From Chrysomallon squamiferum (lineage: Eukaryota; Animalia; Mollusca): a stretch of 64,000 nt of DNA. The DNA lies in assembly GCA_012295275.1 (NCBI GenBank), contig CM022671.1, forward strand, positions 25,544,001 through 25,608,000, written 5' to 3'. Below the pieces are notes generated by a model. It ran no database searches, was not told where the DNA came from, and was given only the letters and a program-made list of their open reading frames with translations. Positions 1 through 19,952 of the stretch are shown here, in pieces. Positions within the stretch are counted from its first letter, which is position 1, and each line of letters starts with the position of its first letter. Both the position numbers and the translations under genes were made by a program.

Positions 1-317
1 TACACAAACACACAGACACACACACACACACACACGCAAACACACACACACAGATACACACAGGTAATAACAAGTTTACCAGAATGACATTTCGAAATAA
101 ATATCGAAAAAATAGAAATACCTAGCACAAAACCAAGGATAACAAGTGGTAAAATCATAAACTTAGTGTACACATATTTCAATGTCACAATACTGAATAC
201 TGTCACAAGCTCATTCAAAATTACAAACGTACCTGAAAATTGTTATTAACAATGTCGCATACAAATACAAGGCCGTATCCATAGACAAATACAGGTATGC
301 ATTACTATACACATTTG

Positions 318-324
318 CATGTAC

Positions 325-360
<36 letters not shown>

Positions 361-560
361 ATGTATGTATGTATGTGCCTATGTATGTATGTATGTATGT
401 ATGTATGTATGTATGTATATATGTATGTATGTAGTATGTGTGTGTATGTATGTGTGTACGTACGTACGTACGTTCATGTGTATGGACATAGGTATGTATG
501 TTGTGTACGTGTGTGTGCCTGTGCAAGCGTATACACGGGTGCATGTACACGTGTGAGTGA
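318..560. repeat. (TG)n/(TATG)n compound microsatellite
   Basis: Direct reading. Confidence 0.9.
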
Positions 561-1234
561 GGTAGACTGAAAGAAAGCCCGAGAATGAAACACCACCCAG
601 CTGATTTGATAGAGATACACGCACACAAACCGAAACATATGTATATCACATTTCTGTCTCCATTATCAACACACTGATTACTACATATACACTTATATAT
701 GTTTTCAGATACAAACTGTGATATATATATATATATATATCACACACACACAAACAATATTAATACAGTTTTGCTAAGTGGGTCTTTACGTATCTCGTAA
801 CGAGCAAAGCGTGTAAAATATTCGATAACTCAAGATAGACCCGCATTGCACAGCTGATCACACAAACGAAACGGGCTCTTGGAAATATTTGTATATGGGC
901 AGGTAAGCACAAATAGTGACGGCAGCAACACAAAAGCATAGAACACCTATTAAACGAGTCACGCAACATCCTACTACGATTCACGTCAGAGCTGATGCTG
1001 TCATCCAGTGTGTTTCTAACAGCGAAATGGAACAAACGTCTTGTTTCTGCACTCTGTTGGTTACGTCATATTATATTAATAATACGTTGATACTGCAAGA
1101 GAGGCTAATAAGAAATAGTAAGGATTACTTTCGAGTGTCCATGGCTGCCTTGCTGTTGGGTCAGAAAGCAGCGTGAGAAAACGTGTATTGTACTTCAAAG
1201 TAGAAATAAAGACAATGAGAGAGTGTCAGATGAG

Positions 1235-1237
<3 letters not shown>

Positions 1238-1323
<86 letters not shown>
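1238..1323. repeat. (GA)n microsatellite
   Basis: Direct reading. Confidence 0.95.
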
Positions 1324-1325
<2 letters not shown>

Positions 1326-2230
1326 AAACCACAATTGTAAAACTGAATCGTTCACACTTATTTATTGCATTATCGAAAGTATGTAGAGCATACATACATA
1401 CGTACATATAAACGTAAGTACATACATACACATACAAATAAACGCACGTTCGTATGTAGATATTCACAAATATACTTATCCATGCATGAAAGCCACCCAT
1501 CCATGCATATAAGCAGGCACACACAGAAATACTTATACAAATAAATTATATACATGTGCAAAAATGCATTACAGATACAGATGCATATGTACATACAATC
1601 ATGCTCATTTAAGCATAGATATATAATATATACATACACAGTATAGATAGGTAGATAGATACATAGGTAGATAGATAGACAGATAGATACGTACGTACAT
1701 ACATATATACATAAATTCACACATACATATACAGATAATGACATTTAGATACATATATTTACACACGCACTGAGTTTTACGAGAAAAATCAAAACAGATG
1801 TGCTAGGTGTGTAGGCATTTTTTTAAAAATTTTATATGAACAAGAACAAACATGTGTAGGTATGTTTATATTCATATTTTCAAAGATAAATAAAAATAAT
1901 GCTTTGTACAAACAAAAAGACACACACACGCACAGACACACGCACACAACAACTGTACTCACCGGTGGTTCTGCTTAGTGCATGCTGTGAGTCCCGTTAT
2001 AAATATCCAGTGTTATCCATGCCAGTACAGTTCCACAGCTGAAAGATTTAGTCCAGCTTCCAGTTCTAAGTATGTGACTGTCAGTCAACAGGTTCATCGA
2101 AGTCAGGCAATCGGCCAAATACCACCATTCAATTCATAGCGGTGTTGATCGGATATCGCCAGGCATGGGTACCCTGCATAGCCGCAGTCGGTGGAAACTG
2201 TTTGGAAATTAAGATAGTTCAATTTAAACA

Positions 2231-2343
2231 AATAATAATAATAAAATAAATTAATTTAAAATATATCTATCTATCTATCTATCTATAGATAGATAGATAG
2301 ATAGATAGATTTTTTTAAATTAATTTATTTTATTATTATTATT
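2231..2343. repeat. Near-perfect AT-rich palindrome centred on (TCTA)n|(TAGA)n
   Basis: Left arm aataataataataaaataaattaatttaaa...(tcta)n is mirrored by (taga)n...tttaaattaatttattttattattattatt; centre at ~2285. Confidence 0.85.
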
Positions 2344-2366
2344 TTATTTTTATTTTATTTTATCAA

Positions 2367-2529
2367 TCGCTGATGATTCTAAAAAAAAAAAAACCCAACT
2401 AAACACTGTGCTCTAAAATGGTATCTTTAAACAAAACAAACATTTTATTTTTTAATTGTTTGTTTTGTTTAAAGACATCATTTTAGAGCACATTGTTTAG
2501 TTGTTTATTTTTTATAGAATCATCAGCGA
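2367..2529. repeat. Imperfect inverted repeat, ~75-bp arms with a short loop
   Basis: tcgctgatgattcta...caactaaacactgtgctctaaaatg...tctttaaacaaaacaaaca pairs with tgtttgttttgtttaaaga...cattttagagcacattgtttagttg...tagaatcatcagcga. Confidence 0.85.
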
Positions 2530-2924
2530 CTGATCTGGAAACATCAGAACATGGTGACATCTACTCTTTACAGAAAATACATACACACAAAATCAAATTT
2601 CATTCTATTTTCTGTTAAAGTTTATTTGTTATTAGAAACAAAATACTAACTGATTTCAGTGATTTGATCATTAAAATAAAACAATGTTTTGACTTACCAG
2701 TCAGTAGATTTCTCTGCTTAAAATTCTCTCGTTGGAAACTGTTTGAAGTTGGCTGAAAGATCCGAACCGTAAATCATTAGAATTCATTTTAAAATCTCAG
2801 ATACCAGGCAACAGTATCAGCCCGAGACTTTTCAACACGTGAGAAAGTGAGCAACTAATTTGTCAAAAGTTGCGATCGATATCAGTGGAAGGTTTCAATG
2901 ACCGTGTGTTGTATGGGACATTTA

Positions 2925-3153
2925 AAATGAAAATGAAAATGAAAATAATAATAATAACAACAACAACAACAACAACAACAACGACAATAGTAATAATAAT
3001 AACAAAACAATAACAATAATAATGATAATAACAACAATAGCAAAAAAATAATAATAATAACAATAATAGTAATAGTAGTAGAAGTAATAATGATGATGAT
3101 GATGATGATGATAACAGTAACAACAACAGCAGCAGCAACAACAACAACAACAA
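2925..3153. repeat. Compound trinucleotide microsatellite (AAT/AAC/GAT/CAG)
   Basis: Direct reading; source of the poly-L/C/I artefact ORFs. Confidence 0.9.
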
Positions 3154-3411
3154 TGAGGTACCCACGCTGTGCAGGGTGACGTCGGCCTCTGTAGCGAGGA
3201 TTCCACACTACAACGTGGTCTGACAATCGCCTGCCCGAACACGACTGAAAGAAATCAGTTGTCAGCTTGTGTTGCAGCTTTGAACAAGTATCTTGTTCCA
3301 CCAGGACGGAGATAGAATCTCGCCGGTGTGGGACTGACCTGGATTTTACCACACTCAGTTTACATTTGTCAGAAACGTACCTGTCTTTGAGAAAACTGGG
3401 AGTTTTTTTTT

Positions 3412-3600
3412 TAACTATTATTATGTTAACCGTTTAACTAACTTTTTTATTTTTTTTTTTTTTAACCATTGTTATGTTAACCGTTTAACTAATATTACAT
3501 TCCTTTTATTTAAATTTTTTTTTTTTTTTTTTTTTTTTTAACTATTGTTATGTTAACTGTTTAACTAATATTACATTCCTTTTATTTAATTTTTTTTTTT
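3412..3600. repeat. Three tandem copies of a taactattgttatgttaaccgtttaactaa-like unit separated by poly-T
   Basis: Direct reading; followed by a long poly-A tract at 3618-3671. Confidence 0.8.
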
Positions 3601-3620
3601 AAAATAAATTTTTTGAGAAA

Positions 3621-3673
<53 letters not shown>

Positions 3674-4240
3674 AACCCGGAAAAGAGGAGAGATTTTTCA
3701 CGTTAACTGAATCATGAACTATACTAAATACCACACAACTGTGAACGTGGATACAAAAACGAACAGACGTTAAAAAATAAAATAACATAAATAACATATA
3801 AGAATTCTGAGTAATCGTATAAAAATATTGTATTCAACAGTAGCAGTTATCTGGAATGCACTCTCCCACGTCGAAGACGAGGAGCTTGCTATTTGTCTTG
3901 TAGTCATTCATTAATTTTCTGTTATTCTGAAATAGCAGCATGAAATCTTCTACATCGACCTTCCCATAGAAAGGAAAATAAAAATCATCAAGCAGAAATA
4001 AGAACACTGAAAAGAATTGATCCTACAGTCCATCACATTTTAGAATTGATTTTCCTTCTAAAGTTACAGTTTGTTGCTCAACAGTGAAATTCTGCATAGA
4101 CTACTTTGTTTTTTATTTTGTCGTTTTCATTTGTACAGTCATTCTCACATACATGAATTATACGTACCACATTGCCATATTAACCAAACATATTTTTATA
4201 CGAAAGTATTTTATTTTAGATAAAATATACTGGTTATAAC

Positions 4241-4293
<53 letters not shown>

Positions 4294-4480
4294 CAACAAC
4301 AACAACAACAAAAGAAAGAAAGAAAGAACTGAAATAAAGAAAAACTGCAGCGAAATGAATGTTTCGATCACACCTTAGTACAGGTTTTAAATTATGATAA
4401 TTACTTTAATTTTATATTATTACTTTTTATTCATTTATTTATTTTTACTAATAATCACATATTTAAGAAATGTCTGAAAA

Positions 4481-4521
<41 letters not shown>

Positions 4522-4984
4522 AAAAAAAAAAAAAAAAAACATCAAAGAAAAAAAAAAAAGCACTTCACAATAACAAAAATAAAATTTATTTATTTATTCA
4601 GCATTTAAATGAACGCTTACGGCAACGTATGTTTCACATTAACAGGCACGGGAGCAAAGGAAACAAATGCAAAAAGTCATTTTCAAATGTCGTTAAATAA
4701 CGCGCAGCTTAACAAAACTTCTGCAGAAGGAAAACGAAAGCATAATTAAAAGCACTAACACTGTGACATATGGCATGTTGCTTGAATTGACGATTTTTAT
4801 TAACAGACAACTGACTTAATTATTGTCTGGCCGTACTGCAATATTATCTAACAATGTTCTCGAAAATGTTCTTTCCCCAGAATTTGTTTCGTAAAACAGT
4901 TATTTGGATGAAAATAAAATATCAGTGAATTATAAATATGCATAACTTTCCGCACTGCAATAAAAGGTATATATATATACGTCT

Positions 4985-5048
<64 letters not shown>

Positions 5049-7816
5049 ATATAAGATCTCATTGAACTACAACGAGTATATATATATAATTTTTTTGTGA
5101 TATATATATATTCAGACAAAGTATCTTCTGACAGTTCACTAAGAAGTTATATATATATTTCTTAGAGATCACAAAAAAATTATATATATATAATATCTTA
5201 GTGAAATTTTAGGTTTGACTTTATTATTAGTAGTAGTAGAAGTATTATTATTATTGTTGTGTTGGTTATTGTTGTTATTGCTGTCGTGAATTATTTGTTG
5301 CTATTGTTGTTAAAATCAGAAAGCTGCTCGTTCTGTTTCAAGCAGTAGTCTTTCAGTTCTGAACGGCAACAGTTGTAAATTCGTGTGTACGACTCTCAAC
5401 TCTTTTTTTTTTTTTTTTTTTTTTGGTCTTTTGTCCATGTTGTTGTAAACTGTTGCAAGGTGGACCCTAATTACAGGCTTGTTGACATCGCTATCAAAAC
5501 AGTCGACGGTAACCAACAAAACACTGACAACCCGTGTTTGTTTAAAAAAAAAACGTGCACTCCATACGCACCGAAAGAACAGAAGTCGTATCGCCGCGTC
5601 AATCTCCACTGATTTCGGATCGTTACAGACCTTTTGATCGTTACTTATGTTCGACCAGCTTAACGATGTGATTTACCTCGGATAAACCGCCTTTTATTTC
5701 GGGTCGGTCGAGTCCTTACGCTGTCCATTGAGTGTAGATTACGCGGTGATTTAAAGCGCCCGGCGGAGTGGTAGTAATTCAATGGCAAATGGCATGTCAC
5801 GTTGTCGAGTGGCACGGCTGTGACGACAGCACCTCCACACCCTCCCCTCCCTTCCCCCAAAAAAAAAAGAGAAGAAAACAAACGACTTAAATGGAATGCC
5901 AAAGGGCTGAACAAAGAATACAGTAACACAAGAATCGAAAAGTGGGGAATGTTTGTCTGTGTACATAAGTACGTACCGTATGTGTGTGAATGTATTGGTG
6001 TAAGAATGTGTATGGGTGGGTAAGTACGTATAGATGTAATTATTCATTTACCTACTTATTAGTTTAGATTTATATTTAACAATAAATAAATAAATAAATA
6101 AAAAAGAAGACGTCATGTATATTTGAAAATGTTTTGAAGTTAACATTTTAATATACAACTTATACTGGCACTATTATGTACTTGCAACACGTAGAGTTAC
6201 AGGAATTGTTACAAGAAGTTAGTGGTTTTTATTCGTTGAAACACTGGGTCAACTGAGAAAGAATTAATATAATATTTATTTAAAATTAAATAACAATTCA
6301 TTTTACAGACGTTAAAACTGAAAAACTTGAAATAACAATGTTTTATTAACATCGAACCGTTTAAAACCAATATACATCAAATGTTTTTTTGTGTTTTTTT
6401 GTTTGTTATAACGAGGTCTGTAAAAGCAATACTATGACATAATAGTTTGAAGGTTAAGATTATGCATTCGTATGGTAGACCACGATAATTCAGGAATGCT
6501 TGGATATATTCTTTGTTTATGGAAATAACTTTTAATATGAAACGGGTTTCATTATAAAATTTAAAAACCAAAGCACACAAAAATAACAAAAAAAAGTAGT
6601 CAGTCTAAAATAGACTGGCATTAGTCATGCCGCTTTACAACTTTTCTGTATCAGGGTAAGAATACCGTCGTTGCTGTCTGAAGAAAGAAAACATCAACAT
6701 CAAATTTTTTTGTTATTAATTCATTAATATATTATTACTTACAAGTTAATCACTATGCCTTGGATCAGCTAATGCTTTTTACGTATCTCGGTAACATTTG
6801 GGCAGGGATTACGTGTCTGAACAATTGTTTAGTAAAGGGTTAGGTACTGGAATAACATTTTGCTTTGGGTTAGGTGTTAGTATAATAATGTGCCTTGAGT
6901 ACGGTATTAATTTCAAGAAATGACTGGTATAACATTCGTTAGCGCTTTATTTAAAGTGTACCCTGGGTCATTCAGTTGAGGCGAGTCTTCTGAAAAGTCC
7001 TGGGAAGAATGTTTGGTAACTAATTATTTCAAGATATTTATTACCATAATCATTTCGTTAATGTCGTCTTACGTAATAGCTGGATTTAAAAGGTTAAGAT
7101 TCAAGTCACTTAAAGTTCATCAGGCACGGACTGGTTTAACGTGTAAAATTCCACATTTAGAAAGTAAAATAAGTCCATGAAAAAAGTGTGCTGGTATTAC
7201 TAGAACTATGATGCTAAAAGTTACTCATTTACATAACCTTCTTCTTCTTCTTCTTCTCTCTCTCTCTCTCTCTCTGTGACATACACATTTTCTCTCATTA
7301 CCATTCATTTTCTCTCGCTAGCTCCTGTCTATAAATCTGAATATAATACACCAAACATTCAGAGAGCGTGCCTGTCGCAACAGCTTGCTCTGATCAGCAA
7401 GTTACATTTTTTCACTCGCTCACTCGCACACACCTTTCTCTAGCTCTTTATGTCATTTTGTCTTTCTCCCGTAGATTATGTTTTTAGAATCAAATGGAAT
7501 ACCAGTCAAGTTTTAAAACGTTTTAATTTTACTTTTCAATCGTAATGAACATCATTTATTTTGTTTATCTTTCAAAGTTTCACATAACATGGAATTTTTT
7601 TTAACAAACAGAAACTCGTATCTAGCAAATCCTCTCTACATGCTCGATATTAAAATACTGCATGTCGTTACTAGCGTGTAATTCAAACTACTGTTCAGCA
7701 ATCTCTACTTTATTGCCTGACTTAATCATAAACGATTACATCATGACAACAAAAATAATTAATGTAAACAGGTAACGCAGGTGTGTCGAGATATTATTTA
7801 AGACATTAAAACTGTG

Positions 7817-7847
<31 letters not shown>

Positions 7848-8218
7848 GTCAAATAATTATTATTCTGGCAAAATCCAGGTGCCGATTTATATTACCAACT
7901 CAGTTAAATGTGTAAAGAAGATTTGTAAGATGATGCGAAAAGTCAATTTGACATGCAGTGATTGACCAGGAAAGGTAGAGAGATCGGTAAAACAGTCTAT
8001 GCTTGTTGTTAAACGATCAGACAGAAAAAGGACTTCAGTATAAGTTGACAAATTAAAATGTACCGTGTGATTCAGATCTGTAAATGTGGGACGAGCGTGA
8101 TGTTTACGACGTACTTCCTCCTATAGCACCTGAAATTTCGCTTGTTTTATGTGTTGTTGTTGTTATTGCTTATTTTAATAAACACACACACGGACACACA
8201 CACACATGTATGTATGTA

Positions 8219-8257
<39 letters not shown>

Positions 8258-9883
8258 TATTTATTTATTTATTTTCCTTGTGTTTCCATACATCACTGTG
8301 CATATTAGTGACCTGCAGTAGCAGGTTTGTACATGAACAAATGATATTTACTACTCAACTACTCAAAAGAAGATATCTACGGAAAGATAACATTTCAGTT
8401 TAAGTGTTTCTAAAACATATATAACACAATAACAGCCCCCAAAAATTAACTTTTCACAACGTCACTTTGACAGGACTAAATAAATCAAATATTTAAATGC
8501 AAAACTGAAGAAAAAGTAATTAATCAGCAATAAACAAATTTAGTATTTAAAGTCATACTGTTTTAGAGTTATTGACACCCATCCACACACACCCATCCAC
8601 ACACACACACACTCTACATGTTTGTATCTGTCGTTCTTTCTTTCATTCTTCTTTCTTTCCATCCATATATCTCTTCGTAACTATCGTTATTTCTTCTCGT
8701 TTCTTTCACACACTCGCTCTCTCTAATTTATATTTATTAATTCCTGTGTAATTCCTTTGCTCCTATGAGGTACTAAATATACCTAATAGCCCTGCATTAA
8801 AAATCTTCGATATACTTGGTTCGTTTGGACATATACGATTTCACTGCACCTGATCAGATAAATATGCGCGCAGATAAAGACTCGACTTAAATAAACTCAC
8901 CTCGAGTGTCACCGATTCTAATGAAGTGAAAAAACAAATAGTATTTAAAAACGTGTAATCTTGATAACAATTGTAAGAATCAGTAACGTAGACACAGATT
9001 AAAACTGTACTAGTAGAAACATAATGTAAAACAAACGTGGGGCTGTGTTTGCCTGGAGGTATATGTATGAATGTATGTATGTATGCATTTATGAATATGT
9101 GTGTGCCTGTACGAGTATGTATGTACGTACATGCTTATGTCTCTGTGTGTATGTATATGAAACAACCTAACTAGTCGGTTGCCACACTCTTCAGTAAGAA
9201 GAAGAAGAAAAAAAACTTTGCCTCGACGATAATTTACATTATATAAACCCTGTCAGCGAATGCCAAATATTAGAAAACGTGACTAATTATATCATTTTGA
9301 GGCAGTATTTCAAATTTCGTCGAAAACAAAATATCTGACCAGTAAACAATGTCGTTAACTTAAGTATCTTGGATTGTGGTATTTATTCAATAATGCATTG
9401 TGGGATTCTCCTTCACGCATTGCACATATAATGTTCATGTTTTTACCCAATCTCAGATCACTGCTGCGTTCTTACTACGTACATTATACAGTTGCTACGA
9501 AGTACCATCCAAAGCAAGTTATTTTATATTTCACTTTATTTTCGTTCTTTTTTAATTCCTCCCTTGATTAGATTTACCACTTGTACTGAAATTCAGTGCA
9601 CTGATCGGACAGTCAGTCAACATAGTTCTTCGTAACAAGATACGATTTAGTCACGTCTAATTTACTGAGTAATTATATCAATGAACACGAGAAGCATGAC
9701 TGCTAATTTTCGACTGATTTTTAATTCACTGCTTGTTGACAGATTAATACAAGTAACCGGCAGCTACTTCGTAATGCACCAAAATCACTACAGTAGTAGC
9801 TAATGTTACAGAAGTGTGGTTAAATAAATATGAGTTAAATTTGCGACAGTGACTAAGACATTTATTTTCCTAGAGCAGGCACT

Positions 9884-9946
<63 letters not shown>

Positions 9947-10287
9947 TAAATTAAATAATATGTAATTGTAAAAAAATAAAATAATAATGACATAAAAATC
10001 ATTTGTGGACGGAGGTTTGCGAAAAATTTGTTAAACAATTTCAGACGCCGTGGTGTAAACATGTCTATCACCAACAACAGAATTTGAAATTCTCAGCAAT
10101 AAGATACGATTTAAAAAAAAAAGTAATTACTAGGGAGACGACATCAATTACTGAACTATTAAAGACATCAGTATTACCACTGCTTCAAAAATTGAACTCC
10201 TGATAAATCGTCATCATGGAAAGCGAAACATAATGAACATCAGTCAAAGGAACATTAACTCTCAAAAAGTGTGTCCACTCAGAAAGG

Positions 10288-11465
10288 AGATATATATATT
10301 GTGTGTGTGAGTGTGTATGTGAATATAAGTATATATAGATGTATGTATATATGTGGTGTGGTGTGTGTGTGTGTATATTTATATGTATATATGTCTGTAT
10401 ATGTATATGTATATGTGTGTGTATATATATATATATATATATAATGTTTATATATACATATATATACATATATACATATATATATATTTGTGTGATATAT
10501 ATATATACATATACACACACCTGTACAAATATATACACACACACATATATACATATACACATGCACACACATACACATATGCATATATACACACAAATGC
10601 ACACACACATGTATATACTTGCACATGCATACACACACTCATGCACATACATAAACATGTCTGTATGTATGAATTTATATACTTGCATATACTGGTATAT
10701 ATATATATGTATACACACATGTAGATGTCCGTGCTTATGTATACATGTATGTGTGTATATTGTGTATGTGTGTATGAACAAACATAGAATCATATAAAGA
10801 TACACACATACATATATACCTATATATACATAAATAGGTTCACATGCATACATATAGAAAGACATACACACTCACACAAACACGTTCGTACGTGCACATA
10901 GTCACTTATATATGTACGTGTATCCATACATACACACATTCACAAATAACCTACATGCAGACAAATAACAAAAAAAAGAAAAACTGACAAATCTTTTTTT
11001 TATACACACGTACAAAATCATACACACATATGAACACACAGACATACACATAGAAAAAGACAAAAAGACAATCAGATAGATACGTACCTATTCATACTAA
11101 AATACGCACACAAAGACACAAAGACATATACTTACGTGCGTATAGGCCCAGACGCAGAATAGGTTCATAGACACATACGTACATATATTCATACATAATA
11201 ACGATCCTACACACACGAACACATTCATGGATGCTTATATACACACAGGTACAGAGAATACACACATACTTAGCATACACACAGACATATTCATAAATCA
11301 TAAAAGTTCGTTGTTATGTATGTCTGCATGCTGTCTTGCATACATAAAACACACAAACACATACGAACATAAACACGTTCACTGAAACACAAACGCGTAC
11401 AGGTACACGCAAATAAAAACCCATAAAAATACATAAACACACAAACACGTGCACGCACGCACAGA
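10288..11465. repeat. ~1.2-kb degenerate CA/TA/TG alternating purine-pyrimidine low-complexity tract
   Basis: Direct reading; generates several Y/I/H/T/C/V-rich artefact ORFs. Confidence 0.85.
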
Positions 11466-12764
11466 ATATGGTGGATTCCAGTCAGGTGTGGTTACAAGGT
11501 GTGTAAAAGAAAGATATATTTGTATTTAAATTCTGAATGATCCACTTTATTTATTTTTTTTATTAAACCTTCAGTAATTAAACATGACAAATTTAATGCA
11601 TTTCAACTGTAAATATATTTTTTAATTAAAGAAAAGAAGACAATAAAAAGCTAAGCTAAACTGCTGAGCCATATTTTTAATATAAAAAACAAAAATGTAC
11701 AATAAACATTGCATGGAGTCAGAAATTTTATTTATTAAAGACTCAGTTTTTCTAGACATTGTGAATCGATGGCTATTTTAGATATTAATGGGAGGTAATT
11801 GTGGTAGCCTTAAGGATAAATGGAAGCACGCGAAAATTTTATTTTATTTTATTCGTTAAACTTGCGGTAAATAAAGATTACAAATGAAAGGCTCTGAAAT
11901 TAAAGAAACGAAGACATGAAAAAACTAAACTAATTCCTTGAGCAAGGTTTTTCAGAATACGGACTTAGGAAACTTAAATTATTAAAAAAAAAAAAGATAG
12001 ATTTTATAGATATTTTAAATCGATGTTTAATTTCACATTAACGGAGATAACTGTGGTAGTTTAAAGGATAAACAGAACCATGCGTTAATTTAATTTAATA
12101 TAATTTATTTTATTTTATAAATCATCTTGTTCTATTTTACTGCTAAGAAGACTGACAATGTCATTAATTTCTTTTTACCTAAAACTTTTCCTCGTCTACT
12201 TTCAACCCCACCAAAATAGGTTATCAAAGACCGTGATAAATACTTTTCTGGCTCTGAAGAGGTAAATTAAAATATTCATCAGCATCGTATTCGTTATCCA
12301 ACCAACATAAGGCCGACTCTTAATACACATACGTATTAAATACGTGTTGAGATGTGATCATAATATATATCATTCATTCCATTGTATGTCTTATTCCAGC
12401 ATTTATCCAGTCATTTATTTATATTACTGTCGACATTAGCATAACCTAATCGACAATTCAGTAAACTAACTTTAAATATTTGACATTAATTATGAGAGAA
12501 TAAAAAGAAATAATAAATAATAATAATAATAACATAAAAAAAAACATTTAACAAAAGCCAAAGTGTATAAAATGGCTTTATTAGAGCACAAAAATATTTA
12601 AATAATAAAATAATTAAAATATTCTTAATGTAATAATATATATAAGAGAATGAAACAAATGTAACAATACAATTTTATAAAATTTTAAGTCTGCCATTAT
12701 TATCCATTACCCATATATTTCGTATTCTGTAATTCAGCTCACTTTGCCTGCAGTGACTGACCTA

Positions 12765-12772
12765 CACACACA

Positions 12773-12854
<82 letters not shown>
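12765..12854. repeat. (CA)n microsatellite just downstream of the GT22 stop codon
   Basis: Direct reading; a minus-strand AATAAA lies at 12577-12582. Confidence 0.9.
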
Positions 12855-12856
<2 letters not shown>

Positions 12857-13090
12857 CACAGGCACACAAATACACACATAACCGAAGCCGAATTTTGACG
12901 CTGTGAGGCTCTGATTTAAGGTAAGCTGTAAAAACCCTATGCAGCACATGTTGGAAGTGAAAAAAACTGTGTAATAGCTCAATAAAAATGCATAGTGATC
13001 TCCTTATGACCTACAGGTTCTGTGCAGTAGACTGTTCAGCTTGCGTTAAATTCTAGCTTTGTCCACGACCACCAAATACCAACCACCCAA

Positions 13091-19952
<6,862 letters not shown>

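Larger units (their letters stand above)
1963..5728 (-). other. Candidate spliced transcript (lncRNA, multi-exon 5'UTR or small ORF)
   Basis: Higher-complexity islands 5728-5677, 3244-3166, 2738-2698 and 2197-1963 have minus-strand AG/GT boundaries (donors GTAAAT, GTGGGT, GTAAGT, GTGAGT). No recognisable homology. Confidence 0.3.

Noticed and set aside
2080-2105. Three clustered in-frame TGA codons suggesting a selenoprotein
   Set aside because: The frame ends at TAA soon after, shows no selenoprotein-like motif, and I could not identify a SECIS element.
6830-6885. GGGTTAGG telomere-like or Helentron-like motifs
   Set aside because: Only two isolated copies, with no array and no recognisable element ends.
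6660-8920. Possible minus-strand micro-exons at ~6666-6677 and ~8901-8917
   Set aside because: Splice-like signals only; too short to support without transcript data.
305-12982. Numerous ORFs rich in Y/I/H/T/C/V, poly-L, poly-SL or poly-ER
   Set aside because: They are translations of CA/TA/GA/AAT microsatellites, open in several frames at once, with no gene structure.
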